Of a stretch of 64,000 bases of DNA, positions 63,762 through 64,000 are shown in pieces. This stretch comes from Amphiscolops sp. MND2022. Taxonomy: Eukaryota. Location of the stretch: contig OZ076409.1 of assembly GCA_964187785.1 (NCBI GenBank), forward strand, positions 10,852,001 through 10,916,000, written 5' to 3'. The notes below the pieces were generated by a model that was not told the DNA's origin, ran no database searches, and saw only the letters and a list, made by a program, of their open reading frames with translations. Within the stretch, counting starts at the first letter, position 1. Each line of letters starts with the position of its first letter. Both the position numbers and the translations under genes were made by a program.

Positions 63762-64000
63762 GTGATAACATAAAGTACTTACTTGAGAAACTTACGCGTG
63801 AAAACAAAGTGATCGCGGTGGTGAAGAAGTGGAACTGTTTTCACTTTTAACTCAAATAGTGATAGCTGCATAGTAATCTTACGAAATGTTTCCATGGATG
63901 GTCCCTGAATTTTCCATGTTTTATTAAAAATTAGCCGGCATTTTTGAAGGTACCTGTAAAACTTCGCGGCAACTTCGACTAGGGACTATACATATCTAAT

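Overview
AT-rich, repeat-dense eukaryotic (probably invertebrate animal) DNA; most short ORFs in the track are spurious. The centrepiece is a full-length 15.7-kb Ty3/Gypsy LTR retrotransposon (21565-37292, minus strand) with 1441-bp near-identical LTRs, TG..CA ends and a TATGG target-site duplication. Its layout resembles a complex retrovirus. Gag starts about 189 codons inside the 5' LTR and ends on a UUUAAAC slippery site. A ~6.8-kb extra region after pol holds (i) an antisense, five-exon gene for a BED-finger/hAT-transposase-derived protein and (ii) a sense accessory ORF with three SIM-like motifs that runs into U3. Clusters of a CCGYAT-N4-CCGYAT motif recur in the LTRs, upstream of the antisense gene and in one of its introns. 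The window also holds a decayed second Gypsy element (38288-~44049) interrupted by a 172-bp tandem-repeat element, a decayed Copia element with a recent 1369-bp tandem duplication, and many non-autonomous DNA transposons (Merlin-like, EnSpm-like, hAT, MULE-like, Helentron/HINE-like). Host genes seen: an intronless divergent alpha-SNAP-like gene, a spliced Jupiter/HN1-like gene and exons of an unknown protein. All assignments were made by eye, without database searches.
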